A DNA stretch of 62,290 nucleotides, the filler included. It is 8 parts of 8 records of this genome, joined end to end, with 100 filler letters (N's around TTAATTAATTAA, not from the genome) between each part and the next. Parts side by side here need not be neighbours in the genome. Positions count along the whole stretch, not along the records: positions 2,762 to 13,541 come from SRR20825014_174; positions 13,642 to 23,388 come from SRR20825014_175; 6 more parts are not named here. The stretch is one strand, 5' to 3'. Position 1 is the stretch's first letter. Every line of letters starts with the position of its first letter. The notes beneath the pieces were generated by a model, which was given only the letters and a program-made list of their open reading frames with translations, was not told the origin of the DNA and made no database searches. Below, piece by piece: positions 9,605-19,258 of this stretch. Made by a program: the position numbers and the translations under genes.

Positions 9605-9713
9605 AAAAAGACTGTCACACACCCGAACAAAAAGAAAGGGCAGGCACAAGGCCCACCCTTACCCTGCATCCATGAGGGAGGAGAAGAGGATGCAGTATCG
9701 TTCCAACGCGGCC

Positions 9714-10160
9714 TTACTTGGCTGCGGTGGCTTTCTTGGCGGCCGTGGTGGCCTCTTTGGTCATCTTCTGGACGTTGGCCGATGCTTCTTCGGTCATGTC
9801 CTTGCCGGCAGCCATCATCAGTTCGACGGTATCCATCTGGATCTTCTTGGCGATCTCGGCGAAGGCGGCCATGTTTTCAGCAGCCACTTCGGCCTGTGCC
9901 GATGCGAAATCGGTCATCGCCTTGGCGTAATCCGCAGGCTCTGCCTTGGCTTTGCTCATTTCGGTCATCTTGGCGATGGTTTCTTTTGTCCACTTGGACG
10001 AAATCTCGGTCGACTTCTCGACGGCTTCCAGCGCAACGCCGGTCAGCTTTTCGTTCAGGGTCGCCTGCGTCTTGAACGCATCTTCCATCGCTTTGGTATC
10101 GACGGGGAATGCGCCCATCATGTCTTTCATCATCGCGGTGTAATCTTGGGTCTTTGCCAT
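9714..10160 (-). CDS. phaP: Phasin (PHA granule protein)
   Basis: Ala/Lys/Met-rich 148-aa helical protein (MAKTQDYTAMMKDMMG...AAENMAAFAEIAKKIQMDTVELMMAAGK) located between phaC and phaR. Confidence 0.92.
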   Translation of the reverse strand: MAKTQDYTAMMKDMMGAFPVDTKAMEDAFKTQATLNEKLTGVALEAVEKSTEISSKWTKETIAKMTEMSKAKAEPADYAKAMTDFASAQAEVAAENMAAFAEIAKKIQMDTVELMMAAGKDMTEEASANVQKMTKEATTAAKKATAAK

Positions 10161-10225
10161 GGTCTTCATCCTTCGGGGTCTGAACCGGGCCAGTCCCGGT
10201 GTTGTGTCTACAAGACGCAATATGC

Positions 10226-10270
10226 ATGCTGCACCGCAGCATTTCAAGCCCCAATGCTGCACTGCAGCAA
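10226..10270. promoter_or_regulatory. Two tandem PhaR binding sites upstream of phaP
   Basis: ATGCTGC-ACC-GCAGCAT (10226-10242, perfect arms) and ATGCTGC-ACT-GCAGCAA (10254-10270). Both fit the CTGC-N3-GCAG PhaR motif known from Rhodobacteraceae. Confidence 0.8.
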
Positions 10271-10292
10271 AAAAATTTTTACCCTAGGGAAA

Positions 10293-12086
10293 TCAATGGT
10301 TTTCCCCGCGCCGGACATAGGTTCCGGGCGCCGGGCACAGCACCGGATGGGTCGAATCGCCCGGCACGCGCGCGGGCACCTGCTTGCCTGACCGCTTGGC
10401 CAGCCAGGTATCCCAGCGCGGCCACCACGACCCTTCGGTAAAGGTGGCCCCGGCCATCCAGTCCTCGGGCGGCAGGGTCATGTCGATGTTGGTATAGTGG
10501 CCATATTTCTTCTTGCTGGGCGGGTTGATGATGCCCGCAATATGGCCCGACTGCGACACGATGAACGTGCGATCCTTCGATCCCAGCTTTTGCGCCCCGC
10601 GATAGCTGTCTTTCCACGCGGCGATGTGATCGGTCTCGCAGGCGACGAAACACATTGGCACATCGGCATCCTCGATTGCCAGCCGCGTGCCCATCAATTC
10701 GATCCCGCCATCGGCAAACTCGTTGCGCTGGCACAGGCCGCGCAGGTATTCCATCGCCATCCGCCCCGGCAGGTTGGTGCTGTCCCCGTTCCAGTACAAC
10801 AGATCGAACGCGGGCGGGGTTTCCCCCAGCATGTAGGACCGGATCGCCGGGCCATAGATCAGGTCGTTGGAGCGCAGGAACGAAAACGTCCGCGACAGGA
10901 TGAAACTGCGCAGATACCCCTGCTCTGCCACCTCCTGCTCGATCCCGTCGATGAAATCGTCCTGCAGGAACGGCGTGAATTCGCCCTGATCGGAAAAATC
11001 GGTCAGCGTGGTAAAGAAGGTGGCCGATTTCACCGACGTGTCGCCGCGTTGTTTCAGCAGCGACAGGACCATCGCCAGCGTGCTGCCCGCGATGCAATAG
11101 CCGACGGCATTCAACTGCTTCTGCCCGGTGATCTTCTTGATCTCTCGAAATGCGGCCAGGTATCCGTCCTCGATGTAATCCTCGATCCCGACATCGCGGT
11201 ATGTCGCATCCGGATTGACCCAGGACACCACGAACAGGGTATAGCCCTGCTCGGTCAGCCATTTGATCAGGCTGTTCTGCTCTTTCAGATCAAGGATGTA
11301 ATACTTGTTGATCCACGGCGGAAAGATCACCAGCGGCGTCGCATGCACCTGCTCGGTCGCGGGTGCAAACTGGATCAGCTCCAGCATCCGGTTGCGATAA
11401 ACCACCTGCCCCGGCGTGGTGGCGATGTTCTCGCCCAGCACAAAGGCGTTCTCGTCCGACAGCCGCACCAGCATCTCGCCGCGGTTGGCCTCAAGATCGC
11501 CGACCAGGTTCTCCAACCCCTTGACCAGGCTTTCGCCATCGGTCGCCACCGCGCGTTCCAGCGCGTCGGGGTTGGTGCCCAGAAAGTTGGTCGGCGCCAG
11601 CATGTCGATGATCTGGTTCGAGAAATACTCCAGCCGCTTGCGCTCGGTCTGGTCCAGGTCTTCCAGATCGCCCACCGCCTCGCGGATCGCCTGCGCATTC
11701 AGCATGTATTGCTGCTTGATAAAGTTGAAATACGGGTGCGATTTCCACAACGGGTTGGCAAAGCGGCGGTCGTCGGGGGTGTCATCCTCGGGGGCTTGCA
11801 GCTTGCCCTGCGCCAGCACCTGCTGCGCTTCGATGAAATGCTTGACCGACTTGCCCCAGTATTCCACCTGCTGTTCAAAGATGCGCGCGGGGTTGTGCAT
11901 CATCTCTTGCATGTAGGATTGCGTGGCCTTGGCCATCAGATCGGGGCCAGGACCGTTCAGCGTGGCATTGGCCGGGTCACGATGCGTCATGGCCGCCAAC
12001 AAGCGTTGTGACAACTCCTCGACGCGGGCCAGGTTGGTATTCAGCCGCTCCAGATTTTCACCAGTTTCATTGTCTTTGGTTGTCAT
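10293..12086 (-). CDS. phaC: Class I poly(R)-hydroxyalkanoate synthase
   Basis: Motifs PPWINKYYILDL, lipase box GYCIAG, WNGDSTNLPG, DHI, SGHIAG and GSWWPRW. Confidence 0.97.
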   Translation of the reverse strand: MTTKDNETGENLERLNTNLARVEELSQRLLAAMTHRDPANATLNGPGPDLMAKATQSYMQEMMHNPARIFEQQVEYWGKSVKHFIEAQQVLAQGKLQAPEDDTPDDRRFANPLWKSHPYFNFIKQQYMLNAQAIREAVGDLEDLDQTERKRLEYFSNQIIDMLAPTNFLGTNPDALERAVATDGESLVKGLENLVGDLEANRGEMLVRLSDENAFVLGENIATTPGQVVYRNRMLELIQFAPATEQVHATPLVIFPPWINKYYILDLKEQNSLIKWLTEQGYTLFVVSWVNPDATYRDVGIEDYIEDGYLAAFREIKKITGQKQLNAVGYCIAGSTLAMVLSLLKQRGDTSVKSATFFTTLTDFSDQGEFTPFLQDDFIDGIEQEVAEQGYLRSFILSRTFSFLRSNDLIYGPAIRSYMLGETPPAFDLLYWNGDSTNLPGRMAMEYLRGLCQRNEFADGGIELMGTRLAIEDADVPMCFVACETDHIAAWKDSYRGAQKLGSKDRTFIVSQSGHIAGIINPPSKKKYGHYTNIDMTLPPEDWMAGATFTEGSWWPRWDTWLAKRSGKQVPARVPGDSTHPVLCPAPGTYVRRGENH

Positions 12087-12110
12087 ATTAACAATTACCC
12101 CGTATCTTCG

Positions 12111-12121
12111 CTGCTATGCAG
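12111..12121. promoter_or_regulatory. PhaR box in the divergent phaC/phaZ intergenic region
   Basis: CTGC-TAT-GCAG exact match, extending to GCTGCTATGCAGC. Confidence 0.65.
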
Positions 12122-12198
12122 CATGCAGTCGCCAAGGCGGAGGGGCACAGCGGCCAACATGCGTGGGCACCACGCCCGACAACATGGAGAGAATACCT

Positions 12199-13479
12199 AT
12201 GCGCCACATGGCCAGTTACGACCTTATGGAAACCATGCGCAATACAAACCAATGGTTGGGTGCCTCCGCCCTGTCATTCGCATCCTACCCGATGTTCAGC
12301 ATGGTGCCAAACCCTGCTCTGCAATGGATGGCCGCTTGGGGCGAAGTGACCGAACGCGCGTTCAAGCGCATGGTGGTCAAACCCGATTGGGGCATCCGCA
12401 CCTTCACCTGCGAAGACGGCAAGGACCATCTGGTCGATATCGAAACCGTGGTGGAACGCCCGTTTGGCGACCTGCTGCACTTCAACGTGTCCGACCGCGC
12501 CGAACAGCCGCGCAAGATCCTGCTGGTGGCGCCGATGTCGGGCCATTACGCGACGCTGCTGCGCGCCACGGTGAAGTCCCTGATCGTCGACAACGAGGTG
12601 TATGTCACCGACTGGCACAATGCCCGTGACATACCCGTCAGCGCAGGCAAGTTCGACATCGAGGATTATACCCTCTACCTTGTGGACTTCATGAAACATC
12701 TGGGCCCCGACACCCATGTGGTCGCCGTATGCCAGCCCGCGCCGCTTGCGCTGGCCGCCACCGCCTACCTGGCCGAGCAAGAGCCGGATGCACAGCCCCG
12801 CACCCTGACCCTGATCGGCGGCCCGATCGATCCCGATGCGACACCCACGGATGTCACCGATTTCGGCAATCGCGTCACCATGGGCCAGCTTGAAGAGTTG
12901 ATGATCCAGCGCGTCGGTTTTCAGCACAAGGGCGTTGGCCGCTCGGTCTATCCCGGCTTGCTGCAACTGTCCTCCTTCATATCGATGAACGCCGACCGCC
13001 ACGCCCAGGCGTTCCAGGACCAGATCCATCGCGTCGCCCAGGGCGAGGCGTCGGACAATGACGCGCACAACCGCTTTTACGACGAGTACCTGGCCGTGAT
13101 GGACATGACGGCCGAATTCTACCTGTCGACGGTGGACCGGATCTTCAAGAAACGCGAAATCGCGCGGAACGTATTTACCGTCGCAGGCAAACAGGTCGAT
13201 ATCGGCAAGATCACCAAGGTGGCGGTGAAAACCGTCGAAGGCGCGAATGACGACATTTCCGCCCCCGGCCAATGCATCGCGGCCCTTGATCTGTGCACCG
13301 GCCTGCCCGACAACAAGAAGGCCAGCCACCTTGAACCCGGTGCCGGCCATTACGGCATCTTCGCGGGCAAGAGCTGGCGCAACAACATCCGCCCGCTGGT
13401 GCTCGACTTCATGAACGCCAACAGCGGCGCGCGAAAGGCAGCGGAAAAACCCGCCAACAAGAACGCCGCCGCAAAGTAG
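12199..13479 (+). CDS. phaZ: Intracellular PHA depolymerase
   Basis: Motifs APMSGHYATLLR, VCQP, GGPID, VYPG, FYDEYLAVMD, EGANDDISAPGQ and GHYGIF; GGAGAG RBS before ATG 12199. Confidence 0.95.
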   Translation: MRHMASYDLMETMRNTNQWLGASALSFASYPMFSMVPNPALQWMAAWGEVTERAFKRMVVKPDWGIRTFTCEDGKDHLVDIETVVERPFGDLLHFNVSDRAEQPRKILLVAPMSGHYATLLRATVKSLIVDNEVYVTDWHNARDIPVSAGKFDIEDYTLYLVDFMKHLGPDTHVVAVCQPAPLALAATAYLAEQEPDAQPRTLTLIGGPIDPDATPTDVTDFGNRVTMGQLEELMIQRVGFQHKGVGRSVYPGLLQLSSFISMNADRHAQAFQDQIHRVAQGEASDNDAHNRFYDEYLAVMDMTAEFYLSTVDRIFKKREIARNVFTVAGKQVDIGKITKVAVKTVEGANDDISAPGQCIAALDLCTGLPDNKKASHLEPGAGHYGIFAGKSWRNNIRPLVLDFMNANSGARKAAEKPANKNAAAK

Positions 13480-13496
13480 TCACGCCGCGCCGGTCC

Positions 13497-13541
13497 CTTC
13501 ATCTTGCCGGGTAAACTCCGGGGGTGTGGGGGCTGGCCCCC
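13497..13541 (-). repeat. Intergenic palindromic (REP-like) repeat, copy 2, at the contig end
   Basis: The reverse complement GGGGGCCAGCCCCCACACCCCCGGAGTTTACCCGGCAAGATGAAG is homologous to 3601-3650. Confidence 0.7.
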
Positions 13542-13641
13542 NNNNNNNNNNNNNNNNNNNNNNNNNNNNNNNNNNNNNNNNNNNNTTAATTAATTAANNN
13601 NNNNNNNNNNNNNNNNNNNNNNNNNNNNNNNNNNNNNNNNN

Positions 13642-13779
13642 CAGGGTCGACTTGCCGCAGCCCGAAGGCCCGAGCAGGACGATGAACTCACCCTTTGCGA
13701 TGTCGAGATTGAGGTGTTCGAGAACCTTGACGCTACCGAAGTTGAGCGAGAGGTCTTTGATGGAAACACTGGTTTGCAT
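13642..13779 (-). CDS. Carbohydrate ABC transporter ATP-binding protein, 3'-truncated
   Basis: Walker A motif [12 protein letters not shown]; follows two permease genes. Confidence 0.92.
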
Positions 13780-13785
13780 CGGTAT

Positions 13786-14721
13786 TTATCCCTTCACGGC
13801 GCCGGCGGCGACGCCGCGTACAAACAGCTTGCCGGACACAAAGTAGATGATCAGTGGCACAAGCCCGGTCAGCACGGTCGCAGCCATGTTGACGTTGTAT
13901 TCGGGCGTACCCTGAGCCGAGTTGACGATGTTGTTGAGCTGCACGGTCATTGGCAGGTTCTGCGTGCCCGCAAAGACCACACCGAACAGGAAGTCATTCC
14001 AGATACCGGTGACCTGCAGGATCAACGCCACAACGAAGATCGGCAGCGACATGGGCAGCATGATTTCGAAGAAGATGCGCCAGAACCCTGCCCCATCCAC
14101 GCGTGCAGCCTTGAACAGCTCCTGCGGAAGCGACGCAAAATAGTTGCGGAACAGCAGCGTCAGGATCGGCATGCCGAAGATGGTGTGGATGAGAATGACA
14201 GCCTGCAGGGTTCCGAAGATGCCCAGTTCGCGGGTAATCATCACCAGCGGATAGAGCATGACCTGATAGGGAATGAACGAGCCGAAGATGAGGATCGAGA
14301 AGAAGATTTCCGAACCCTTGAAGCGCCAGTTGACCAATGCGTAGCCATTCACCGCAGCGATGAAGATGGACACAATTGTCGACGGAATCGTGATCTTCAC
14401 CGAATTCCAGAAGCCAGGTGACAGACCTTCGCAAGTCAGGCCGGTGCAGGCCGTGGTCCACGCTTTGACCCAGGAGTCGAAATTGATCTGGCCGGGAAGG
14501 GAAAAGATATTCCCGAACCGGATTTCGGGCATCGTCTTGAAGGACGTGACCAGCATCACATAGAGCGGGAACAGGAAGTAGAGGGTGAAAAAGACCAGGA
14601 TCGAGTAGATGATGATCTTTTGCGGGGTAAAGAAAGGCTTGGGGCGCGGACCGCGGGGGCCGGAATCCACCATTGTGTTCGTGTCCGGGGCGGGCCCGGT
14701 CATGGTTGCGGTCTGGCTCAT
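13786..14721 (-). CDS. Carbohydrate ABC transporter permease (MalG-type)
   Basis: EAA-like loop ELFKAARVDGA, WNDFL, and C-terminal GVAAGAVKG. Confidence 0.93.
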   Translation of the reverse strand: MSQTATMTGPAPDTNTMVDSGPRGPRPKPFFTPQKIIIYSILVFFTLYFLFPLYVMLVTSFKTMPEIRFGNIFSLPGQINFDSWVKAWTTACTGLTCEGLSPGFWNSVKITIPSTIVSIFIAAVNGYALVNWRFKGSEIFFSILIFGSFIPYQVMLYPLVMITRELGIFGTLQAVILIHTIFGMPILTLLFRNYFASLPQELFKAARVDGAGFWRIFFEIMLPMSLPIFVVALILQVTGIWNDFLFGVVFAGTQNLPMTVQLNNIVNSAQGTPEYNVNMAATVLTGLVPLIIYFVSGKLFVRGVAAGAVKG

Positions 14722-15659
14722 GAGCGGCGACCCTTTCCACCAAATTCAAGATAGGCCCAAGGCACCATGATAATCAGGACAGTCAGCAGCATCATGGTTG
14801 CCGCAGCGAGACCCTGGCCGATATTGCCGGCGCCAAACATGTAATTATAGACGTATTTGGCAGGCACTTCCGAGGAGATACCGGGACCACCATTGGTCAG
14901 AGCGACCACAAGGTCATAAAGGCGGACAATGCCGGAACCGATCAGCACCACAGCCGTCACAAGCACGCCGCGCATCATGGGAATGACGACGGAGATGTAA
15001 GTGCGCCAGGTCGGAATGCCATCCACACGCGCTGCCTTCCAGATCTCCTCATCGACGCCACGCAGGCCGGCCAGCATGAGCACCATGCAGAAACCCACGC
15101 CTTGCCAGAGACCCGCGATCAACAGGGCGAACAGCACCATGCGCGGATTGGCAATCCAATCGAATGTGAAGTTTTCCCAGCCCAGGTTCCGCATCGTCCC
15201 CTGCAGGCCGAGCGTAGGATTCATAATCCACTGCCAGACGAGACCCGTCACAATGAAGGAGAGGGCAAAGGGATAGAGCATGATGGTGCGGAAGGCGCTT
15301 TCGAAGCGGATCTTCTGGTCCATCAGCACCGCGAGCAGGAAACCGAACCCGAGGGTGAAGACCAGCGACATGGCGCCATACGTCACCAGGTTCCAGACAG
15401 ATACGTTCCAACGCGAGGTGCCGAAGAGACGTTCATACTGTTCGAAGCCGATGAAGTCGCCACTCGGCAGCAGTCGGGAATTGGTAAATGAGTAGTAGAC
15501 CGTCCAGATGGTGCAGCCAATGAACACGACCAGCACTGTCGCCATCATCGGAAGCGCGGCGATCTTGGCGGGGACATTGTGAAGGAAGGTTTTTCTGAGG
15601 AAGCCGCGCCGACCGGTATTCCCAGCGCCCCTTCCAGTGTCAACGGCTGTATCCGCCAT
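14718..15659 (-). CDS. Carbohydrate ABC transporter permease (MalF-type)
   Basis: Motifs EEIWKAARVDG and YDLVVALTNGGPG; multiple TM helices. Confidence 0.93.
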   Translation of the reverse strand: MADTAVDTGRGAGNTGRRGFLRKTFLHNVPAKIAALPMMATVLVVFIGCTIWTVYYSFTNSRLLPSGDFIGFEQYERLFGTSRWNVSVWNLVTYGAMSLVFTLGFGFLLAVLMDQKIRFESAFRTIMLYPFALSFIVTGLVWQWIMNPTLGLQGTMRNLGWENFTFDWIANPRMVLFALLIAGLWQGVGFCMVLMLAGLRGVDEEIWKAARVDGIPTWRTYISVVIPMMRGVLVTAVVLIGSGIVRLYDLVVALTNGGPGISSEVPAKYVYNYMFGAGNIGQGLAAATMMLLTVLIIMVPWAYLEFGGKGRRS

Positions 15660-15678
15660 TACGTCTCTCCATAAGGAA

Positions 15679-15709
15679 GTGGTCGACCTTGTCGATCAAG
15701 GCCGACCAC
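15679..15709. other. Stem-loop between the binding-protein and permease genes (probable mRNA stabiliser or attenuator)
   Basis: GTGGTCGACCTTG-TCGAT-CAAGGCCGACCAC inverted repeat. Confidence 0.55.
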
Positions 15710-15749
15710 TACTTTTAACGATGAGAACCAGGTCTCATCCAGTCACAGA

Positions 15750-16991
15750 TCAGTCTGCCGACTCGATGATCGAGGCATAACGCTCGATATAGTCGTCGAC
15801 CGTGATGCTGTCGTCATCGAGGAACTCGGTGTTGAGATCCTGCATCTGCTGCTGGGTGTCGCTGGAGAGCGCGAAGTCACCCGAAGGCAGCAGGCCATTC
15901 TCGAGCATGCCAATTGCCTTCTGCATGCAGGGGTTGGCGGCCGACAGATCGATATCCGTGCGGATCGGCATGGAACCCTTGACCAGGTTGAAGTTCAACT
16001 GGCCTTCCGGCGAGATCAGGATCTTGGCCAGATCGGTCTGAGCCTGAATCACGGCCGGATCGGTACCTTCTGGCAGAACCGGGAAGTAGAACGAGTCACC
16101 ACCACCGGTCAGCTGATCGCCGAGACCGAGAGCCGGGAGACATTCATAGTCTTCACCAGCAACGCCACCTGCAACCTGCAGGTCACCGGCAAGCCAGTCA
16201 CCATGGATGTTACCAGCAGCTTCACCGGCCAGGATCTGATTACCCACGTCACCGAAGGACGGCACCATCATCTCGGGCGAGATCACCGAACGAAGATTGT
16301 CGAGGGCTTCGGCAACCTTGCGGAATTCCGGACCACGAACAGCCTCGGCGCTCTTGTCGCGGTTGATGGCGAGGACGAGGTCCGAACCGCCCAGACCAGA
16401 CATCAGCACACCCGGGACGCCCGAGAAGGGCCAGCCGGTGGCCAGGCCGAACGGCAGGATGCCTGCTTCCTGGAGAGCCGGCCAGGAGGCCACATACTCA
16501 TCCCAGTTGGTCGGCACGGGCTGACCAATTTCTTCATAGGCAGCGGTGGAGACCCACAGCCAATCCCAAGAGTGAATGTTGATCGGCAGGCAGTAGATGC
16601 CGCCTTCATACATGCACGGCTCAAGCAGGGACTGATCGACATAGAAGTCGAGACCGCCCATTTCTTCAACGATCGGGGTCAGGTCGCGCATCAGGCCGGC
16701 CTGGATGAGCTCCTCGGCGTCACGACCGGTGTTCATCTGGGTGGCGCCCATCGGATCGCCACCAATGATACGGCTGATGATGACGGGGTTAGCGCCAGTG
16801 CCGGAGCCAGCCAGCGCACTATCGACCCAGTTGTTGCCAGTCTGCTCTTCGAACAGTTCGGCAAATTCGGCGATAGCCGCGGCTTCACCAGCCGAGGTCC
16901 ACCAGTGGGTCACTTCCAGATCCACAGCGTAAGCAGACGTGGAGCCAAGGAAAGCAGTTGCCATAGCGGCAACCACTGCAAATTTCTTCAT
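15750..16991 (-). CDS. Carbohydrate ABC transporter substrate-binding protein
   Basis: Signal peptide MKKFAVVAAMATAFLGSTSAYA; LEVTHWWTSAGEAAA, HGDW and FNLVKGSMPIRTD are typical of glucose/mannose-type SBPs; GGAGGA RBS. Confidence 0.93.
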   Translation of the reverse strand: MKKFAVVAAMATAFLGSTSAYAVDLEVTHWWTSAGEAAAIAEFAELFEEQTGNNWVDSALAGSGTGANPVIISRIIGGDPMGATQMNTGRDAEELIQAGLMRDLTPIVEEMGGLDFYVDQSLLEPCMYEGGIYCLPINIHSWDWLWVSTAAYEEIGQPVPTNWDEYVASWPALQEAGILPFGLATGWPFSGVPGVLMSGLGGSDLVLAINRDKSAEAVRGPEFRKVAEALDNLRSVISPEMMVPSFGDVGNQILAGEAAGNIHGDWLAGDLQVAGGVAGEDYECLPALGLGDQLTGGGDSFYFPVLPEGTDPAVIQAQTDLAKILISPEGQLNFNLVKGSMPIRTDIDLSAANPCMQKAIGMLENGLLPSGDFALSSDTQQQMQDLNTEFLDDDSITVDDYIERYASIIESAD

Positions 16992-17081
16992 AGGTTGTCC
17001 TCCCAACGAACACGAGGAGCTTATGCTCCAGCGATGCACCAATTGCATAGCTACCCTTCCAATCAGGCAACCCACAATTGT

Positions 17082-17131
17082 GTGTAATCGATTGCACTAC
17101 AGTGTAGAAACTGGTTGTGCAATCGATTTCA
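17082..17131. promoter_or_regulatory. Two LacI-family operators between the divergent SBP and lacI genes
   Basis: GTGTAATCGATTGCAC (17082-17097) and GTGCAATCGATTTCA (17117-17131) are palindromes with a central CG, as expected for LacI/GalR operators. Confidence 0.8.
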
Positions 17132-17215
17132 GGAGTTTCATACAAGCCTTGCGGAGATGTCAAGTTCGTTTTAGATCGTTTCCATAACTGACAGCGAGAG
17201 GGGGCGCTGCCAGCG

Positions 17216-18262
17216 ATGACAGAGACGAGAAAAACGCCAACAATTCAAGATGTTGCGCGTTTTGCGAATGTATCGACAGCCACTGTAAGCCGCGCCTTGT
17301 CGAGCCCCGACAGGGTCAGCGAGAGTACACGAGCGCGTGTTTCCGAGGCCATTCGTGTAACCGGTTACACTCTGAACCAGGCAGCCCGGTCTTTGCGCCA
17401 ACGCACAGCAAAAACCATTCTGGTGGCCCTGCCCGATATTCGGAATTCCTTCTTCTCGTCCATCCTGGATGCCGTGGAACGCGAGGCCACCAATCGGGGC
17501 TATGGCGTGCTTGTGGCCAATCTCTTCCTAGCGAGGGCACCGGCACAAAGACTGCAGGATTACATGCTGTCTAACCGGGCCGACGGATTGTTGCTCCTGG
17601 ATGGTTCGCTTGATCTCGCCTCGCTGCAGGCCTTGGTTCGCCCTCCGAACTCGGTACCCTTGGTGGTTGCCTGCGAGGAGATCCCCAATTCGGGCTTTCA
17701 CACCGTGCTAACGGACAATTTGACGGCGGCCGAGCGCGCAACGCGCCATCTCATGGATCTCGGTCACCGGCAGATCGCTCACCTTCTGGGGCCAGAAAAC
17801 AATGTCGTCGCGCGTGACAGGCTAGCCGGCTACACCAACGCGCTGACGCGCGCCGGACTTGCTGTGCAGCAACAATGGTTGTTTCGCGGCAATTTCGAGA
17901 TGGAGAGCGGATTTGCCGCCGCCGCACATTTCATGTCCCTCAGCGATCGCCCGACCGCAGTTTTTGCCGCCAATGACGAATCGGCAATCGGCTTCCTGTC
18001 CGGCTTGCGCCAACACGGTCTGGTTTGCCCACGCGACATCTCCATGATCGGGTTCGACGATCTTGGCGTCGCCGCGCATTACACACCGCCCCTGACCACC
18101 ATGCGGCAACCGCGAGAATTGCTGGGGCGGATGGCGGCCGAAATGCTGATCGACATTCTGGAGGATGCAGAACACAGGCGGGGTCCCATGCGCATCGTCC
18201 TCAATTCTGAGCTCATCGTCCGCGAGAGCACGGCGCACCTGCCATTCAGAAAAACCAGCTAG
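17216..18262 (+). CDS. LacI family transcriptional regulator
   Basis: HTH TIQDVARFANVSTATVSRAL, hinge NQAARSL, and motifs IGFDD and PPLTTMRQP. Confidence 0.95.
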   Translation: MTETRKTPTIQDVARFANVSTATVSRALSSPDRVSESTRARVSEAIRVTGYTLNQAARSLRQRTAKTILVALPDIRNSFFSSILDAVEREATNRGYGVLVANLFLARAPAQRLQDYMLSNRADGLLLLDGSLDLASLQALVRPPNSVPLVVACEEIPNSGFHTVLTDNLTAAERATRHLMDLGHRQIAHLLGPENNVVARDRLAGYTNALTRAGLAVQQQWLFRGNFEMESGFAAAAHFMSLSDRPTAVFAANDESAIGFLSGLRQHGLVCPRDISMIGFDDLGVAAHYTPPLTTMRQPRELLGRMAAEMLIDILEDAEHRRGPMRIVLNSELIVRESTAHLPFRKTS

Positions 18263-18318
18263 GGCATTTGCGCCGGGGTATGGCCTTGGGGGAAAAATGG
18301 GTTAAACAGACCCTGTTC

Positions 18319-18395
18319 GGTCCCGTAGCTCAGCTGGATAGAGCAGCAGCCTTCTAAGCTGTTGGTCACAGGTTCGAATCCTGTCGGGATCGCCA
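18319..18395 (+). tRNA. tRNA-Arg (TCT)
   Basis: Cloverleaf GGTCCCGTAGCTCAGCTGGATAGAGC...GCAGC-CTTCTAA-GCTGT...GGTTCGAATCC...GGGATCGCCA with encoded CCA. Confidence 0.97.
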
Positions 18396-18508
18396 CCATT
18401 TTTCCCGGATTTCGGCATCTCTGCGCCCGCTCACTTGGGTGTCAGCGGCGCAGATGTGCCCCGAAAAGGGTTGTCCGCACCGCCGAATTGCGCCAACCTG
18501 CGGACACA

Positions 18509-19255
18509 TTGGGGGCAAATCCACTGGCAGATAACGCAAACCGACCCACCATCGTGTTGTTCGATCTCGATGGGACATTGGTGCACCACATCAATCCACG
18601 TGTGTTGCAGATGCTGGAGTTCCTGGACGACTGCTCGCACCGGGGCGGCCGGCTCGTTGCGCGATTTCGGCTGGCGCGCCGAAATCTGACTGCCCCCACT
18701 CACAGCCCCAAACTCCTGATGCATCGGGCTATTCACAAGGTCCGACGTAAAAGCGTCGAGCAGATGCTTGAGCCCTGTGAAACCATGCGTGGTGTCCTTG
18801 AGAGGCTCACCGCCGAGGGTGTGACCCTGGGCGTCGTCAGCAATGGCCTGGGCCGGGGCTATGGCCATGACGTGCTGCAGACATTCGATCTCAAGAAATA
18901 CTTCAGCGCAGCAATTTTCCGCGAGGATGTTTCGCGCGGCAAGCCGTGGCCCGATTCGATCGTTGCGGCCCTGCAGGGACTTGGTCGCGATCTGCGACGC
19001 AATGATGTGATCTGGTATATTGGCGATCAGAGCAAGGATATCGGTGCGGCGCTGGCGGCCTCACAGGTCATTGGCCAGACAGTCCGGCCGATTGCACTGG
19101 GGGCTCGGGCGGCGCTTGGGGCCGTGGAATCTCGCCTGTCCCCCAATCAGATCATGTGGTCGCCGACTGACTTCGAACGAATGGTGCAGCAAACGTTCGA
19201 GCGACCGCAGTCTGAAACGCCGCTAATGCCGCACATGCCCGCACCACAACTCTGA
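18509..19255 (+). CDS. HAD-superfamily hydrolase (subfamily IA-like); start uncertain
   Basis: Motifs LFDLDGTL, VVSN, GKPWPD and YIGDQSKD. The ORF-track start at 18362 lies inside the tRNA, so the TTG at 18509 is preferred. Confidence 0.8.
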   Translation: MGANPLADNANRPTIVLFDLDGTLVHHINPRVLQMLEFLDDCSHRGGRLVARFRLARRNLTAPTHSPKLLMHRAIHKVRRKSVEQMLEPCETMRGVLERLTAEGVTLGVVSNGLGRGYGHDVLQTFDLKKYFSAAIFREDVSRGKPWPDSIVAALQGLGRDLRRNDVIWYIGDQSKDIGAALAASQVIGQTVRPIALGARAALGAVESRLSPNQIMWSPTDFERMVQQTFERPQSETPLMPHMPAPQL

Positions 19256-19258
19256 AAA

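Noticed and set aside
5053-12011. Very long alternative ORFs (5053..6984 -, 8016..10391 +, 10497..12011 +; likewise 12274..13350, 23830..25152 and 25043..26254)
   Set aside because: They are antisense shadows of well-supported high-GC genes, with no motifs and His/Arg/Gly-biased composition.
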